Assembly: GCA_000934665.2 (NCBI GenBank)
Contig: KZ538092.1
Coordinates: forward strand, 62,001-126,000
DNA: 64,000 nucleotides
Direction: 5' to 3'
DNA from: Catajapyx aquilonaris
Lineage: Eukaryota
How positions within the stretch are numbered: position 1 is the first letter of the stretch; each line of letters starts with the position of its first letter. Both the position numbers and the translations under genes were made by a program. Shown in pieces: positions 15,811 through 29,900 of the stretch. The notes below the pieces were generated by a model. It did no database searches, had not been told where the DNA came from, and saw nothing but the letters and a program-made list of their open reading frames with translations.

Positions 15811-18800
15811 ATGTCCAGGCATGAAGGTGAGTTCGGGAATGTTGTTTTATTGGGGAGGGGAGGAAGAAGGGGGGAAAAAAAGAATCGTGTATGGAGAAGG
15901 AAGGGGGGGCATCATCACTAGGCCTAGCTTTTTGTTGAAAGGGGAGGAGAAGGCTGACCTTAGGGTGACCTCCTTTTTGTGAGTCAAAAAATTGTGGGTG
16001 GTGCGATTCTGGGTGTTCGGAGAATCATATGTTCCGCTGCGGGTTGTTCGTTGAGGGGTCATTGTTGGCCGTTGTGACGATGCGAAATGGAACGGTTTTG
16101 ACAATGGTTAGCGTACCCCCGTAGTGTCCATGCCATTTCTGCATCGTTAGCATGTGACAAAATGGGCAGTGAGTCAGACGTTACTGTAATGGAGTGAAAA
16201 AAGTTCATTCCTGCCAAAAGCTGTTTTGAGGTAAACATTTTCACCGTCGCCATCTACGTTGTCTGGATGTGATTGCTGGGCAGTTCAATGTAGTTGTGGT
16301 TTCGAAGGAAAGGAGCTACATTCCGGGCATTCAATGCGGCAGATGTGTTCTAGTGGAAATTTCTGGCAATCTGTGATGTTGGCAGCCGTAGTGTTCATGT
16401 GGAGTGCACATGTCGCCATGTCTGATGAAACTATGAGTTGGGAATGCACTATTGCAATCACTGGGATCACTGCCCATGTGTCATCTGATTGAAAATTGGT
16501 GATGTGTATGCACCGTCATGAATGTAAAGTACTGCTTGGCAATACTCGCATTGGATATCACTTTTTTTTTCATTCGTTGGAGAATGTGCATGAATCATCT
16601 TGGTATGTTAGTGCATGAGATTTTCATTGATACAGAGCTGAACTTAATATTGGGGCAACAGGTCGTAACTGCGGCAGGATTTGCAGTCAGTGCAAATATG
16701 ATTGATGTTGTGTGTTCAATATTGATTTGTGAATAAGATGAGCGTGCATGTTATTAATAGAAATCCAATGATATATTGCAGTCGCCTTACTTTACTAATC
16801 TTTATTTGTGGCCAATATTGAATCGACTCCTTCGGGTGCAAGTCAGTTTTAAATGTTTGCAGTTAACATTTCAACATTTGTAGTGATATGCAAGTGATGC
16901 ATACCACACGTCTTATGCTCCTGTTTGTGAATCTATCCCCTGCCGTCATATTTCAAACAAGCCTGTTTATGCACCGCATGCGGTAAGGGTACATGTAGCG
17001 AGCAGTAACTGTACAGGAGCGTCACATGGCAGCGTGTGGAGCACCTTCTAGCGGAAGGTGTGTGGGGAGGGGACTAAGTAGGGGTCTGGCATGCAGATAT
17101 GGATTTTATCGTTGACATTTGACACCAATTGTTCCAATGGGCCATTCACAGCTAGATATTCATTGAAATTCAGGTGATTCAATTTGGCTTCTGTACTGTA
17201 GCCAGTCATAAGTTTTCCAGTTTGCCTGTGAGCTGTAGCACTGTTATTAATCATGTAATGCATTGGGAAATATGCTTGTATTTTTTAGTGTCTTGGCAGA
17301 GTTTTTGTGACAAACATTTTCTGACTTGCATAACCATGCCTGTACCATGTGGCCAAAATGCACATGGACAGAAATTATTACTCAGGGCTATGCTATTAAA
17401 GTTATTTAAAGGAGTGTCAGGAAAGTTTGACTGAACCTGTGATCAACATCATTCCTGACAATAACTGATGTCTAGGGAGGGAATGGGTTACAGAAAAAGT
17501 TTTGGAAAGAACTGATGGCTAATGAAATTAACTTCAAACACCATTTAAAAACAAGAGTTATTAATGTTGAGGTCACTGGTTGCTGTATGTATAAGCATCA
17601 AATAGCCAATGAAACGGTGCCAAAACATAGGCTAAATTTGGTTTCATACTATCAGGTGATATCTGAGGGCTGATAAATTCACACTTAACTTATTTGTATA
17701 ATAATTGATAATCTGCCACGCATTTTATAAGGGAGCACTTATTTGTACCTGGGGCTAGGCATCTTCAGCTAACTCCCTGTTGCACACAAAGTAAGGCGCG
17801 TTGCCCAGGATGGAAGTGAATTGCTTGGAGAGCTTGAATTGTTCTTGCAGTAGGGCTGTAATGTGTGACGTGTGATGCGGATTCCCCTCTCATTGCACTG
17901 ATTTTTGTAGTTCTCATGCATGCAGGATGCTCTCTCAAATGACCCTTACCTGATTTCACCAAAGTAAAAGGTCAAACCTAAATTGAAGGGAGACATGCAC
18001 TGCAGATGATCTTTGAAATGGCATGTGCAGTGCCGGCTAATAATGAACCATCTGGTCATATTGCAAAAGGTGTTTATTTATTTTCCTTAGTCATGGTGAG
18101 TTGCTCGTAGCATACTCAGAGTGGTTCTGTTACTATTCTGTTTATGTAGGCAATATAGTTGAAGTATGATTTGGGTGCCATACTGGACACAATGTCAGAC
18201 AATTAGGAGCATATATTATGGAATGAGGATTGGTTAATATGAATTACATGAAGAGCAGGTGTGTTAGAGGTTCATGCCATGTAAAAGTGCCTTCAACTAG
18301 AATACATCTACTTTACTTTATGATGTGTAGCAATGGACAAATGTTAGAGTAGCGAAAGTCATGCCTTGCTTCAATCAGGCGTATTATCATTGGAACTCAT
18401 TTGTGAATTAGGATTTTTGCTTGAATCTTGAGGTAACACAGCGATCATTCATTTGTATTTTACCATGCAGCACTAATTTTATGGCATCACCACTGGGAAA
18501 TTTTTTAATGAAACTATTGGTCCCAAAATGTGTAGTTATTCATGAGTAGCATTGATGGACAATTATGAAAGTGACACAGTTCACTGGATTGTCACATTTG
18601 CGTATGAAATGTCATTGAGTGACTGTCTTTAAATTTAATCTCGAGTACGCAGTTCAGCCTTGGACATGTGTTTTGTTTCAAAGTGTGTAGTTTTCTCCGC
18701 TACTCCCACTCTAATCAGAGAAGTGCGTCAACCTTTCCAATGTTGTATGCCGATGTGGGAGGACCGATGTGGTGTCAGCCACAATTTTAACTTTTTATTT

Positions 18801-21800
18801 TGCTATGCAAACACAGTGGGCGCATTCAGATAGCGCAAGGGTTGAAGGGCTGGCCCAGGGCCAAGGCCTTTTGGCGTTTTGGGAAACTTTGCTCTAGTGC
18901 ATTTTCAATTGCACAAATGTCATCTGACACCACAATGTAAACAACTTGATTTCTTGACCAAGTGCATTTGTATTTATTGGAAAGTAATTGCTTAAAAATC
19001 ATTAACAGGTCAAGTCGAAGTGATGAGTCTAGCGGTATTTAAAAAAAGTAGAGGGGCCGTAATGGGACTTGGGGAAGAGAGAATAGCCAAGGTTGAGGTT
19101 GGTTTGAGGGCCTCGGAGACTGTTTTGGGAATATTGGCTTGTGGCCAAAGAGGAGAACATGCTGAGTAATGGGAGCCAGGGCTCAAATCAAGACTAAAGC
19201 CACCCATATGTTCATTTTTTTTTCCTCACCATATGATGTGATTGACTCAATTATGGGGAAAGGAATTTGATTAGATGTTTCAAACTGGAGGTTTAGCACA
19301 CGAAGGAGCCCATTATAAACATTTGCTATATGCCACCATGTTCTGATTGGTGTTTTCAATGTGAACTGTGATTACATTAGTGCTATAATGGATCAGGAAG
19401 TGTCACTCAATTTAGGAGAACTGGAGGATATAGAATGTGCACGTTTGCAATACCTACGGACTTTTCCAACATTGCACGCATTATTTGGTTGAATGCTTGT
19501 GTCAGGATTGCCTCCAGATTTGCAAGATAGTAAGCAGTATCAGAATCTGTCATTGGCCTGTCGCAATTAACGTGTTTGTATTCATGTACCTTTATCATAA
19601 TATGATCTAATCTGGACTTAGCAGACATACTATTTATGTGAATGTTGGGTTGATTATTCACACTTGCAACAGCCTTGGAACAGATGTCTGGATACATAAT
19701 CAAAACTTGTTCACAAAAGAAAACCTTAAAGTAACCTGGTAATCTCCCTAAAAGCAGCGGCTAGTAAATTGCAAAATAACGCAATTATTGTGTTATTTTG
19801 TAACTTTTTTGCAACATTATGCAACTTTGAGGTTTTCTTTTGTGAAGAAGTTTTGATTATGTAGGATGTGATACTACAAGACAGAAAATAGTACTTTAAC
19901 TGTAACTTTTCTTAACTTGTTTTAATATTTTGGATTGTCTTTTAGGAATGTACCTGTAAGAAGGCCATCTCATTTTCGTTTCCACTTATTGGATGGTTGA
20001 TGATGTTTTTTTAAAAATTGAAAATGGTTAATTTGGCCTGATCAAGTGTGTGATTTGCATGTAACTCAGATCAAGGCCACTTCAGACAACTGCAGGCATA
20101 TCTTTGTTCTGAGATGTTCGAAACGACTGATTGCTGAAAAATATCTGAAACATGATAGAACGTTTGATGGCACAGTACAGGTGCAACTGAGAGCAATGAG
20201 TTCATTTATTCCAAGCTTATCAGATGTGACTAATAGACAGATGTTGGCCCTCACACCCAAAATAGAGGCCTCCTCATCTCAGAAGTTACGTGAACGAATT
20301 TCAGTGTATGAGGAAAGCCTCAATTACTGAACAAGATCTAACTCTGTAGTTAAAATTAATGTTCACACAACTGACCCTAAATGATTTTCATACCTGATGA
20401 CTTTCCAATACTGCCTAAATCCACATTATCTGGTTCCTAAGAAAATATTAGAATGTAGAATATGAAAGTGCATCGTGAGTAGTACGTACACAATTTAATT
20501 GAGTAGAAATTTCCTGTAGTGCCACCTGAAAATGGGTTTCGCTGCATTTCATCATGTTTGATTGCAGTTGAAGTACCCCAATCGAGACGGCTTAGTTGTT
20601 AAAGGAAACATTTACTTGCCACATTGTGTCACAGTGTTTCATGTCCTTTATTTGCTTAGGATAGATCAGTGCTACTATCACATTGACCAGTGGGAATCAC
20701 TGAGCAGCTTATCACTCCACTATACGCTGTTTCCGTTTTCCCCTCTGGAGCTGATATGCCCCTAACCCCTTGCCCATTTGTCCACATGAATTAGTTTTGG
20801 CAAATGCCGCTTCCTTCTATTCCACTCATAGGAGTGAGTTGCGACTCATGCCTGAAGGGGAACTTCCAAGGGCGACGGTACAAGTGTCTGATCTGTTTCG
20901 ACTATGACCTGTGTGCCAACTGCTATGAGGCAGGAGCCTCCACCACCCGACATACCACAGAGCACCCTATGCAGTGCATCCTCACCAGATCTGACTTTGG
21001 TAAGACGCTGTTTTATTTGCTTCCATTTATTATCACCCGAGATCACTATAGTTAATGAAATTTGATTTAATGATTTTGTTGATGTTGCTTACTGTTTTTC
21101 TTTCTCCAGACTTGTACTATGGTGGGGAGGCATTCTCGGCAGAACAACCCCAGTCCTTCACCTGCCCTTATTGTGGAAAAATGGGATTCACTGAGGGGTC
21201 TCTCCAGGACCATGTGACCTCGGAACACACCGAGACCTCCTTTGAAGTTGTATGTGTACTTGGGGGACAGATTGTTATTTTTCACTTCTTTGGGAATTGG
21301 AGGTCTTAACTTGGAAATTTTTCAGGTGTGTCCTGTGTGTGCGTCCCTCCCAGGAGGTGATCCCAATCATGTCACGGATGACTTTGCAGCCCACCTGACC
21401 CTGGAGCATCGCAGTGGACCTAGGGATCTCATATCCTTTTTGTACTGTTGAATGGTTGGTTGTGTTCGTTGGGAATCCATGTTGAGAAATCCTGTGAAAT
21501 AATTTCTTCGCAGAGAAGAACAAAACATAGGTGTCATTCTAAAGTGGCAAAATGCAGTGTATTGCACATTTATGGAACCATGTTTAGGGAGTCGCAGTTG
21601 GTAAAAGGTTGGAAACCACTGGATTATTGATTTGCCATGTGAAAAGGTTGGAAACCACTGGATTATTGATTTGCCATGTGAAATTATAATGCAATCAAGA
21701 GATATGGTGCCTTGAAAAATGTGTAAATTAGGTTTTCCGGCTTATTGAGTGTATATTCCTTAACCATACATCACGATGAGCCCTCAGGGTCACGTCATGG

Positions 21801-24800
21801 AGTTCGTCGGATTCCCCACCCTTCTCGAGGGGTGGGTGGCCCCAGGACACGTCGCTCTAATATGCACTTTAGGTATGTTCTGACCTAATGTTAGTTTTAC
21901 TGATTTTTTATCATATGTGGGCTTCACTTGCTATGTTGTCAATGCGAAAAATATATTTTAATTAATGTGTCACTGCATGAACATTGACATATACGGTGTA
22001 ACAAGGTTGATAGCAGGAGAACTTGATGGTGATGCATGGGTTGTTTCCTGATAAGTTCCTTTCTCATGAATGATGAAATAATTGATTCTACGGCTTGAAA
22101 CCATAAAGAAAGACAGGATTCAACCTTGATTATTCTGGCATGATGCAATTCACGTGACATGGAACTTCACTGAAATGATGCATTTGTATCATCACATGTG
22201 AGGGTATGAACAGTAGTAATAATATGTATCACTACACAAACGGCCACTGTTATTGCCTTTCGTATGAGCCTGGTGCTGCCATTTCAGTGAAGTTCGTGGC
22301 AACCTGATGTAAGGTGTGTTGCATCATGCCAAGATAATAAAGGTTTGATGCCTTCTTTTATAATACCAGACAATTTTACGATTCGTTGATAATAACAGGA
22401 AGAAAATGGTAGATGAATTGAGGGCATTTACGACTCCTTTTTTAAATATTGCAGCTCAACAGGTGGCCTATCATCACTATCACCATCGACGCGGGACTCA
22501 GTTGACCCTATTGCGGAGCTACTGTCACAGCTGTCTGGAGTGAGGCGCACTGCGGGTGGCGGGTTAGGGGTAGGGGGTGGAGGAGGGGGAGGAGGAGGTG
22601 GCGGGGGCGGGTCAGGAGGTCAGGGAGGGTCAAACTCCTCACCCCTACAGCAGCTACAGATGCAACTGCAGATGGAGAGACAGCAGGTAGGTCATTTCGG
22701 ATTTACACACTTTGGTGGGAGGTTGGGGGTTAGGGTATGGCATCAGTCACACTGGCCATGTTGGAAGGGTGTTTTCTGAATTTTTTCCTTGGTTAGATTT
22801 CTCCTTGTGCCCTTGTTTATGCTCCTGGGATTCAATGTTATGTTCGTTGTTGTATCTGAGGTTGAAGTTGAGTTTCTATAGTTTCGTTTGTTTATTTGTG
22901 CAGTCTTCAAAATTGTGGAATTCACTGCTATTCAGGAAAGGAGACTCTTGGAAGGTTTTAGGGCAGGAACACAGTGCAGATGGAGGAGTCTCTGGTTCAT
23001 GCTGTGAGACAGTTCCTTTTCGTTGTTGCAAACAATAATTTGGGTACAGTAATATGCGACTGTGACTTTTATGCAACTCATAATAATGTTTAATCTGATA
23101 ATAATGGAAGTAATTTCTGACACTGCCATTTGTCAACGGACATCCAAGAATGAACTAGTGGAACCTCCCACTTTTCAAGTTTCCATAGACATGCCGTCGC
23201 GCAACAAATGCTATAAACAGTGTCAACAAAAGGACAGTGTTTGCGTCTTTTATTGCTGAGGGAATTTCCTTGAAAATTTGGAAAGCGGAAAGTTCCAGGA
23301 GTTCATTCTCAGGGCCGGTTTCACCGAGCTCAGTATATTATAAATCCGAGTTTCTTTTCAAAAGAATCTCGGTTTTCGTTGTTGACGACAATGGTTGTTA
23401 TGTGCAATTCTTGTTATAACCGAGGTTCTACGTTATACTGAGCTCGGTGAAACTGGGCCGTAGATGTTCGTTGACTCTAGTATTATAGGGTTGTATTATC
23501 TATAGCAATCTGTATATATTGAGATGATGTGGCTCGTGGGTCACTACACTGCTGCCCTGTTTTAAAAAGCGATGGCTGCAATGTGTGGTAAGGCCAGGTA
23601 TTGTTCAGCTGCAGTAGTTTCATGCAGTCAGAGAAGCAAACCTTGTCCCTAATGCACATTGCAGTTAGCTCTCTTTCATGGGACGTTCCCAATCGTGGGG
23701 TGGGCCTCTCTTATAAATGTTTTATTTGGGATCCAAAGTTTTATGCATTTGCGCATATGCCATGAGTTTTGCACTTTATGGCCAGTTAAAGTTGTTTAAA
23801 ATTGAGCAGTGAATGATAGTTGAACTTTTGTGGTGAACTCAACCGCAGAAATAGTACCACCAGTACAACCAGTTTTTCCCATTGGCACAAAACCAGGAAA
23901 TTCCATCGATAGTCAAATCCAGCTTGTTTTGTTTTCCTTTATATTTTTGTTCTTCTCGATCTTAGTCCACTCTTCCTGTGTTCTTTGCTTTGGTTTGTTC
24001 TTGTTTGTCATTATTTGGCAATAATTTTTGAGCGGATGTGGATCCCCCGCAAGGAAGAATACATGGCCGTGCCTGCGTTTTTTTTTTTTTTTTTTCGTAC
24101 CCTTTCCCCACACAGATATCACACAGGATCCGAGCGTTTCATTTCCCTCGCCAGCTGGCCTCATTACAAGCGGCCAGGCAGCAGGCGGAGCGTCTCTCCC
24201 GCCGACCCCCAAACCCAACCAACGCCAACAACTCCAACTCCTCCACATCCAACAACTCCAACAACCCTGCTGGCGCACCCCCACTGGTCTCCAACTCCTC
24301 CAACAACTCCAGCAACGCAGCCGCTGCAGTGGCAGCAGCTGCAGCTGCGGCAGTAGGGGCCAGCAACGGCAATGCTTCTGGAAGCGGTGGAGGTGCACCA
24401 GGATCCGCCCTGGCTGCAGCAGCTGCAGCGGCGGCGGCGGCAGCAGCTGCGGCAGCTTCTTCCTCGGGAGGGGTGGGTCAGTCAGGCACCCCAGGACCTG
24501 ATTCTGCTGGAAGTAGCCTCAGTGGGCATGCACCCTCGGCTGCCTCCCATCTGCTGCTCACCAGGTGAGAAGGACCTGCACTCATAAAATGGCGTGATTT
24601 TGTAAGAGGTTTTTGGAACTATGAGGAGAATAAAATTTAATGGTGCACATTTTCTGGTTTGAATCATGTTTGTGCAAGGCTTAGGCAAAATTGATTCATT
24701 ATTTGCCGATGGGCTGGTGATAAGAGAAAGTGTATTGAGGCAAGTTCTCAAGTGCACCATGAGTTTACGGCAATTTGACATTGCAAACTACAGGGTGAAC

Positions 24801-26975
24801 CAAAAGTTAGGACACATATAGTTGGTTGACAATTGGCATTCTGGCAACCAACAATGTAATAAAAATTATTACATGTGTGTCCAGACTTTTGGGTCACCCT
24901 GTATTCTATAAGATTAGCCGGTAAAGGCCGTTAAACGAAAGAGCGAGCTGACATCATCGTTTTGTTTGCCAACTCCTAGTCAACGGAAATCTGCCAAATG
25001 CACCTCTGGAACCTGGCACTTTTCAGGTTTCCACGGAAATGCTCCTCTCACAACAATACGAGCAAACATGGTTCTTTTTTTGTTGACAATGTCTGCTCTT
25101 ATTGTTGCATGAGGACATCTCCATGGAAACAGAAAGATGGAAGGTTCCATAGGTCACACCAATATTGCTTTTCTAACAACATGAAATCATGATCTGTGCT
25201 GTGTGAGTGAACATTTCTGCAAGCTTGGCACGTAATATTGTAAATTCTGAAAGTACTTTTGTGCGACAGGTCTGGTTCCCAAAATATGTCAGCCAAAAAT
25301 GAGCCAGAGAAGTTTGTTATTCATTCAACAACGAAAAACAAAACTTATTCGGCTTTTCAGCGTGAGAATAGTCGAACGTAGCGTAACTGAAGCACGAGGC
25401 AATCAGCCCAGAAAAAGGCTGTATAATTTTAACTTGAGTTCATACATCGATCGTTCATCAGCTTTAATTCTAATTTTTGCCTAATCCGGTATTTTCCATT
25501 GCTGTTTTTGGAACATGAAGGGCTGTTGTATTAATGCAGATAATAATGGGAACTTTTAATTCTAGTGGAGTACATGTATTGTGAATATCAAGTTGCATTT
25601 GTACAAGCAGCCGTAACACTGATGGTGCACCATTTACTTGTAGTCCAGAGTCGCAGGAAGTCGATCCTGACTGAATGGGAAACCTTCCAGTTTTGTTTCC
25701 ATAGTATAACGTTTTCATTTCCATTCCCGTGCCACCAAAATGATGGAACGCCGTTCATTCTGAATTCTACCCACAGATAACTAATTATGCAAACTTGTAT
25801 AGTTACACTCACAGTTTTTTCAGCCAATGAACTCCTCGATGTCACACAAAAACTAGGGGCTGACCAGAGTGCGGGGAGGCAAAGGGGAAACCGCCAGGTG
25901 GTGGCTTTTCCGCATGTAGTCTTAGCATTGCGTTGTCTGATCTGTTGTTGTTGTTGTTCACAGGCTGGGATTGATGCTAATGGAGATATTTTTATTCCAC
26001 AGAAAGAGTTGTTTGGTGTTTGATAAGATTTGGGAGTGATTTAAGCAGGGGAAGTCAGTAATAACTTGATAATGGTCATGAAATGCTGAAGAGTTTGTGC
26101 AGAAATTTGACAATTTGCAGGCAAATAAAGTTGTTTCCAATGAATTTTATCGCTCCAAAAGAGCTGGAAAAAACAGTTGCTGTTTTACAGATATTCAGGT
26201 TTTCTGCTGCTTTTGGTTGAGGATTCACATTCAATAGTGTAATGTGGTGTAACTGGGGCTTTGCACTTTACCCTCCGGTTGTGCAATACTTGCTTACTCT
26301 ATGAATTGCACGACTTAATTCCATTTCTTGTTGACCAGGATTATGGACTCAACCCTGACGGACAGTGACCTCCAGTCTGCAGACGTGGAGAGGTCGAACA
26401 GGAGCCTCTTCGTGCAGGAGCTTCTTCTGGCCACCCTGGCTGGAACCCCCGTGCCTGGTTGTGCACCTGTCAGCTCCTCGTCTACCTCCACAACCAGCAG
26501 CACCCCGCTGGCATCAGTCAGCCCATGCATCGCCCTCACCACCTTACCCGCAAGCGCAGACTCGCCCAGGGTGTCCGAAGCCACCTCCACTGCACCGAGC
26601 ATGAAGGCCCAGCCGCAGAGGGTGAAGAAGGTGCCGTCGAGAACGTCTGCTGGATCGTCGTCATCTGGTGCTGCTGTCTCACGGCCGTCGGCAGCGACGA
26701 ACGGCCCAGTCTCGAACCATGTCAATAACAACAACAATAACAGTCAGGGGGGCGGCAGGGGTGCGGTGAGGAGAGGGTCGGGAGGTGTAGCAGCAAGCGG
26801 TGGGAGTGGTCAGGGAGGAGGAGGAGGAGGAGGCGGCGGAGGAGGAGGTGTGGCGGTGGTAGGAGGGGCAGGTGGTGGGGTGAGTGGGGGGGCCTCAGGA
26901 GCGCTCAGGAAGCCCCCTCGTCCTCTGGAGGGGCGTAACCAGTCGACCGAGCCGCCACCTCCCCCACCACACTAA
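15811..26975 (+). CDS. KCMF1: E3 ubiquitin ligase KCMF1 (ZZ + C2H2 zinc fingers, ~614 aa)
   Basis: Exons 15811-15826, 20832-20999, 21110-21249, 21326-21430, 21775-21872, 22455-22686, 24116(or 24155)-24564, 26339-26975 (1845 nt). MSRHEGVSCDSCLKGNFQGRRYKCLICFDYDLCANCYE, FTCPYCG, CPVCASLPGGDPNHVTDDFAAHL, RSLFVQELLL. Confidence 0.94.
19693..19863. mobile_element. MITE-like inverted-repeat element in KCMF1 intron 1
   Basis: ~40-bp arms TACATAATCAAAACTTGTTCACAAAAGAAAACCTTAAAGT / ACTTTGAGGTTTTCTTTTGTGAAGAAGTTTTGATTATGTA. Confidence 0.65.
21431..21774 (+). other. U12-type (minor spliceosome) AT-AC intron in KCMF1
   Basis: 5' end ATATCCTTTT, branch site TTCCTTAAC at 21756-21764, 3' end CAC|GATGAG; splicing gives in-frame PRDL|DEPS. 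Confidence 0.93.
21603..21680 (+). repeat. Perfect 39-bp tandem duplication
   Basis: AAAAGGTTGGAAACCACTGGATTATTGATTTGCCATGTG x2. Confidence 0.95.
22103..22360. mobile_element. Degenerate inverted-repeat (fold-back/MITE) element in KCMF1 intron 5
   Basis: TGGCATGATGCAA / TTGCATCATGCCA and GAACTTCACTGAAATG / CATTTCAGTGAAGTTC arranged symmetrically. Confidence 0.55.
23312..23460. mobile_element. MITE with PIF/Harbinger-like termini
   Basis: GGGCCGGTTTCACCGAGCTCAGTATA ... TATACTGAGCTCGGTGAAACTGGGCC terminal inverted repeats. Confidence 0.7.
24791..24901. mobile_element. Tc1/mariner-type MITE
   Basis: TA|CAGGGTGAACCAAAAGT ... ACTTTTGGGTCACCCTG|TA; TA target duplication. Related short copy at 46461-46540. 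Confidence 0.75.
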
Positions 26976-29900
26976 CACACATCGAGCTAGTCGGCCAGTT
27001 TATATTTCTTTTTGTTTATATTTCACTCACTCTCACCCCATCCCCTGGAGTGATCTCCCTCTCTTCCTGTTTAAAATCCTCTTGCCATAAAAAAATATAT
27101 ATATATTCGCAAAGCTTATTCGGATTATTTTTTACTGTTGCTAAGACCGGCTTGGTCGCAGTACGGCTAATTACACACTCGATTGTGAATAAGCCTCACT
27201 TGTGACCAGCCCGAGAATCATGATCATTTGCCAATGTTGTAAGCAGACTCTTCCTTCATTTCACAGTGCCTGCGGGTACCAAAAAAAAAGCTTTGGGTTA
27301 TGTAAATACAGATGCGGATTTTTTCATTTAGTTGCTCTGGATTTTTTTTATCCGAATCATTTGTGTTGCCGAACAGGAGGGAGGGAGTGGGAGGTGGGGG
27401 GAAGGCGTATGGTAATGAGAGAGAGAGAATAAAGGGTTGTGTGGGTATTTGGGTTGGGGGGTTGAAGTGGTTTAACACGAGGGTGTGAATGTGTGTGTAT
27501 GTGCCAGCTGACTCAAAAATAGTCTAAATGAAAGCCAGAAAAGGAAAAAAAACTTCTTTTTGTTTGGAATTGTGTGTGATTTTACATTTAAAAAAACAAC
27601 CTTTGATTCCCCCCTCTCCCTCCCCAACTTTAGATTTGTTTACCTTTGAAGCCTTCCATGCTGCAGTTTTTTAAACAGATTTTATTTGCCTCGTTGCGCT
27701 GTGATGTTTGGCCTCTCCCCACCCTCCCCCACACTATTTTGACCCCGAGCGCTAGTTATTTTTCACTAGTACAAGTTAGTCGATCGATTTAGCTTGGACC
27801 TTGAAGTGAAGTGTACATTTGAAATAATGGAAGAAGACTGAAAATAATAACAAGACGACAGCCGCTCCCAACCTTTGACCCCGGAATACTTTTCTTATTT
27901 TCTTCTTTTCATGACTTGTGTAATGTATGCCCTCTTTTTTTCCCCTGTGTTCGCATACAAGCGTGAGTGTATGTGCGAGTGCATGAATATAAGTGTGCTG
28001 AGCTGAAATTTTTGCAAACTTTTTTTCCCTCCTTTCCGTTTCTCCCCAACCGCCCACCTTGGTTTTGTTTTTTTTCCTTCTTAAATTCTCTTCCCTGGGG
28101 GCGTAATTATTTTGGGCGGAGTGCAAAGTACAGAAGCCAAGTGCTCAGAATATTTCAGGGAAATAAAAAATGGCGTGGAATGCAAGATATACGATGGGGG
28201 TGAATTTTTTTTTTTTTTGCCAAGGCAGGAAAAAAAAGGGCTTTGAATGCAGTCTGTTAGTGGATTTATCAGTGCTAATTAATTATTAAATGGTGAATAA
28301 ATGATGAGCTAACAAAACAAGTGTACATATTATACATACGTCAGGATAACGTTGGATATATTTAAAAAAACACATTTTTTCCTCCCCTGCCCGCCCCGAG
28401 ACAAAATGAACGGAAAATAAAAATAGTAACGGTTATGTATGTGGGAATATGTGCGTGCGTCTGTGTTTTTTCTTTTGCGATCTTAAAAAGTGTGTAGCCA
28501 AAATAGGTGTCTCCCGCCCCATCCGAAGTTTTTTTGTTGTTTTCCTCTCTATACCCGGCCCCCCGCCCCCTCTCCTCCCTCCCATTTATATAATATATTA
28601 AGATATATAAAGAAAAAAGAAAAGAAAAAAGTTCTTGGTTATGTTGACTGTGAACGAGACTGATCTATTCCATGTTGACATCACATGAACTAAATGTGAA
28701 TTTGAGATTTTGTGTTTTTTGGACTTTTGCAGGTGGGGAAGAGAATAGAATGATGATGAAAAAATAATAATACGAGAAATTTTTGCTCCAGAAATAATCC
28801 ACTTCATGACCATTAGCTTTGTTGGATTTGTGTTTTTTTTTTTGGTTCCCTGTCGTTGGGCTTGTTTTGTTTTTAACGAACTGAAGAAGTGTGCCACTTG
28901 TGTACTACACACGTATGAACCGCCTGTGATGTGCATGGATTTTGGGGCTCCAGTCGACTGAAAGTGAGAAAAAGTGCGAGTGGCGTCGGTACTTTCCGGT
29001 TCAGCCCAAAGCCTTCAGTTTTTTAATTATTAATGTTGTTATTATTATTTCTCACTCTCCATGTTTTTTTTTTGTTGCAATTTGATGAGCAGTGGGCGAT
29101 TTACAGTTGAGAATGAAGATCAAACGACGAAGTGGCAATTTGCACTTTTTAATTATAATTTTCTTCTCAATTATTACATGGCATGGAGGTGGACACACAC
29201 ACACACAACATAGTGAGTTTTGCAAAAGTGGGCAAATAAATGTTGGGCCCATTTTTGGAAATTGTTTTCAAATAAAAAGAAGAATTTAAAAAAAACAAAC
29301 AAAAAAGTGGACTGCTGCTGGCGAAAAATAAAGTCATCCTATAATGAAATGTGGTCCTCCGAAATGTATTGATTTTTAGAGAGTGACTCCCACGCATTTC
29401 CCCCAAATCGATAAGGCAACACTGGTTGAAGCCAAATTGTGGGCGCCGCCATCTTGAAGTTCTGGTTGGTCACGTGATGCTGATCCGACGTCGTGATTGG
29501 CCGGAGCTGCAATATGGCCGACCACATGTGACCAGCTGGGGCCATTTAAATTTTTTTTAAAAAACGTGGTAATGTTAATTAAATAATCGGCACATGTTTT
29601 TTTGCTAATTAATTGTTCAGTACTGTTGTGTCCAGATGGGAATTATGCTGCGGGGGGATTGAAGCGTGGAAAAAGCCACACATGCTGAGCTAACTGCACA
29701 TTTTTTTTGGCCTGAAGAGGACAAGTCTGGGCACTTGTGATGTCAAAGTAAGGGTCAAAGGTTAAGGTCGATTCGGTTGAGCCCCATTTTCCACCCGAGG
29801 AGTGACACAAGCAGCTGGAGGACACTGCCAGGGAGAGGTGACAATCCAGTGGTAATTATCACAAGGCCTTTATATTAACATGGGTGTTATGCAATTTATG

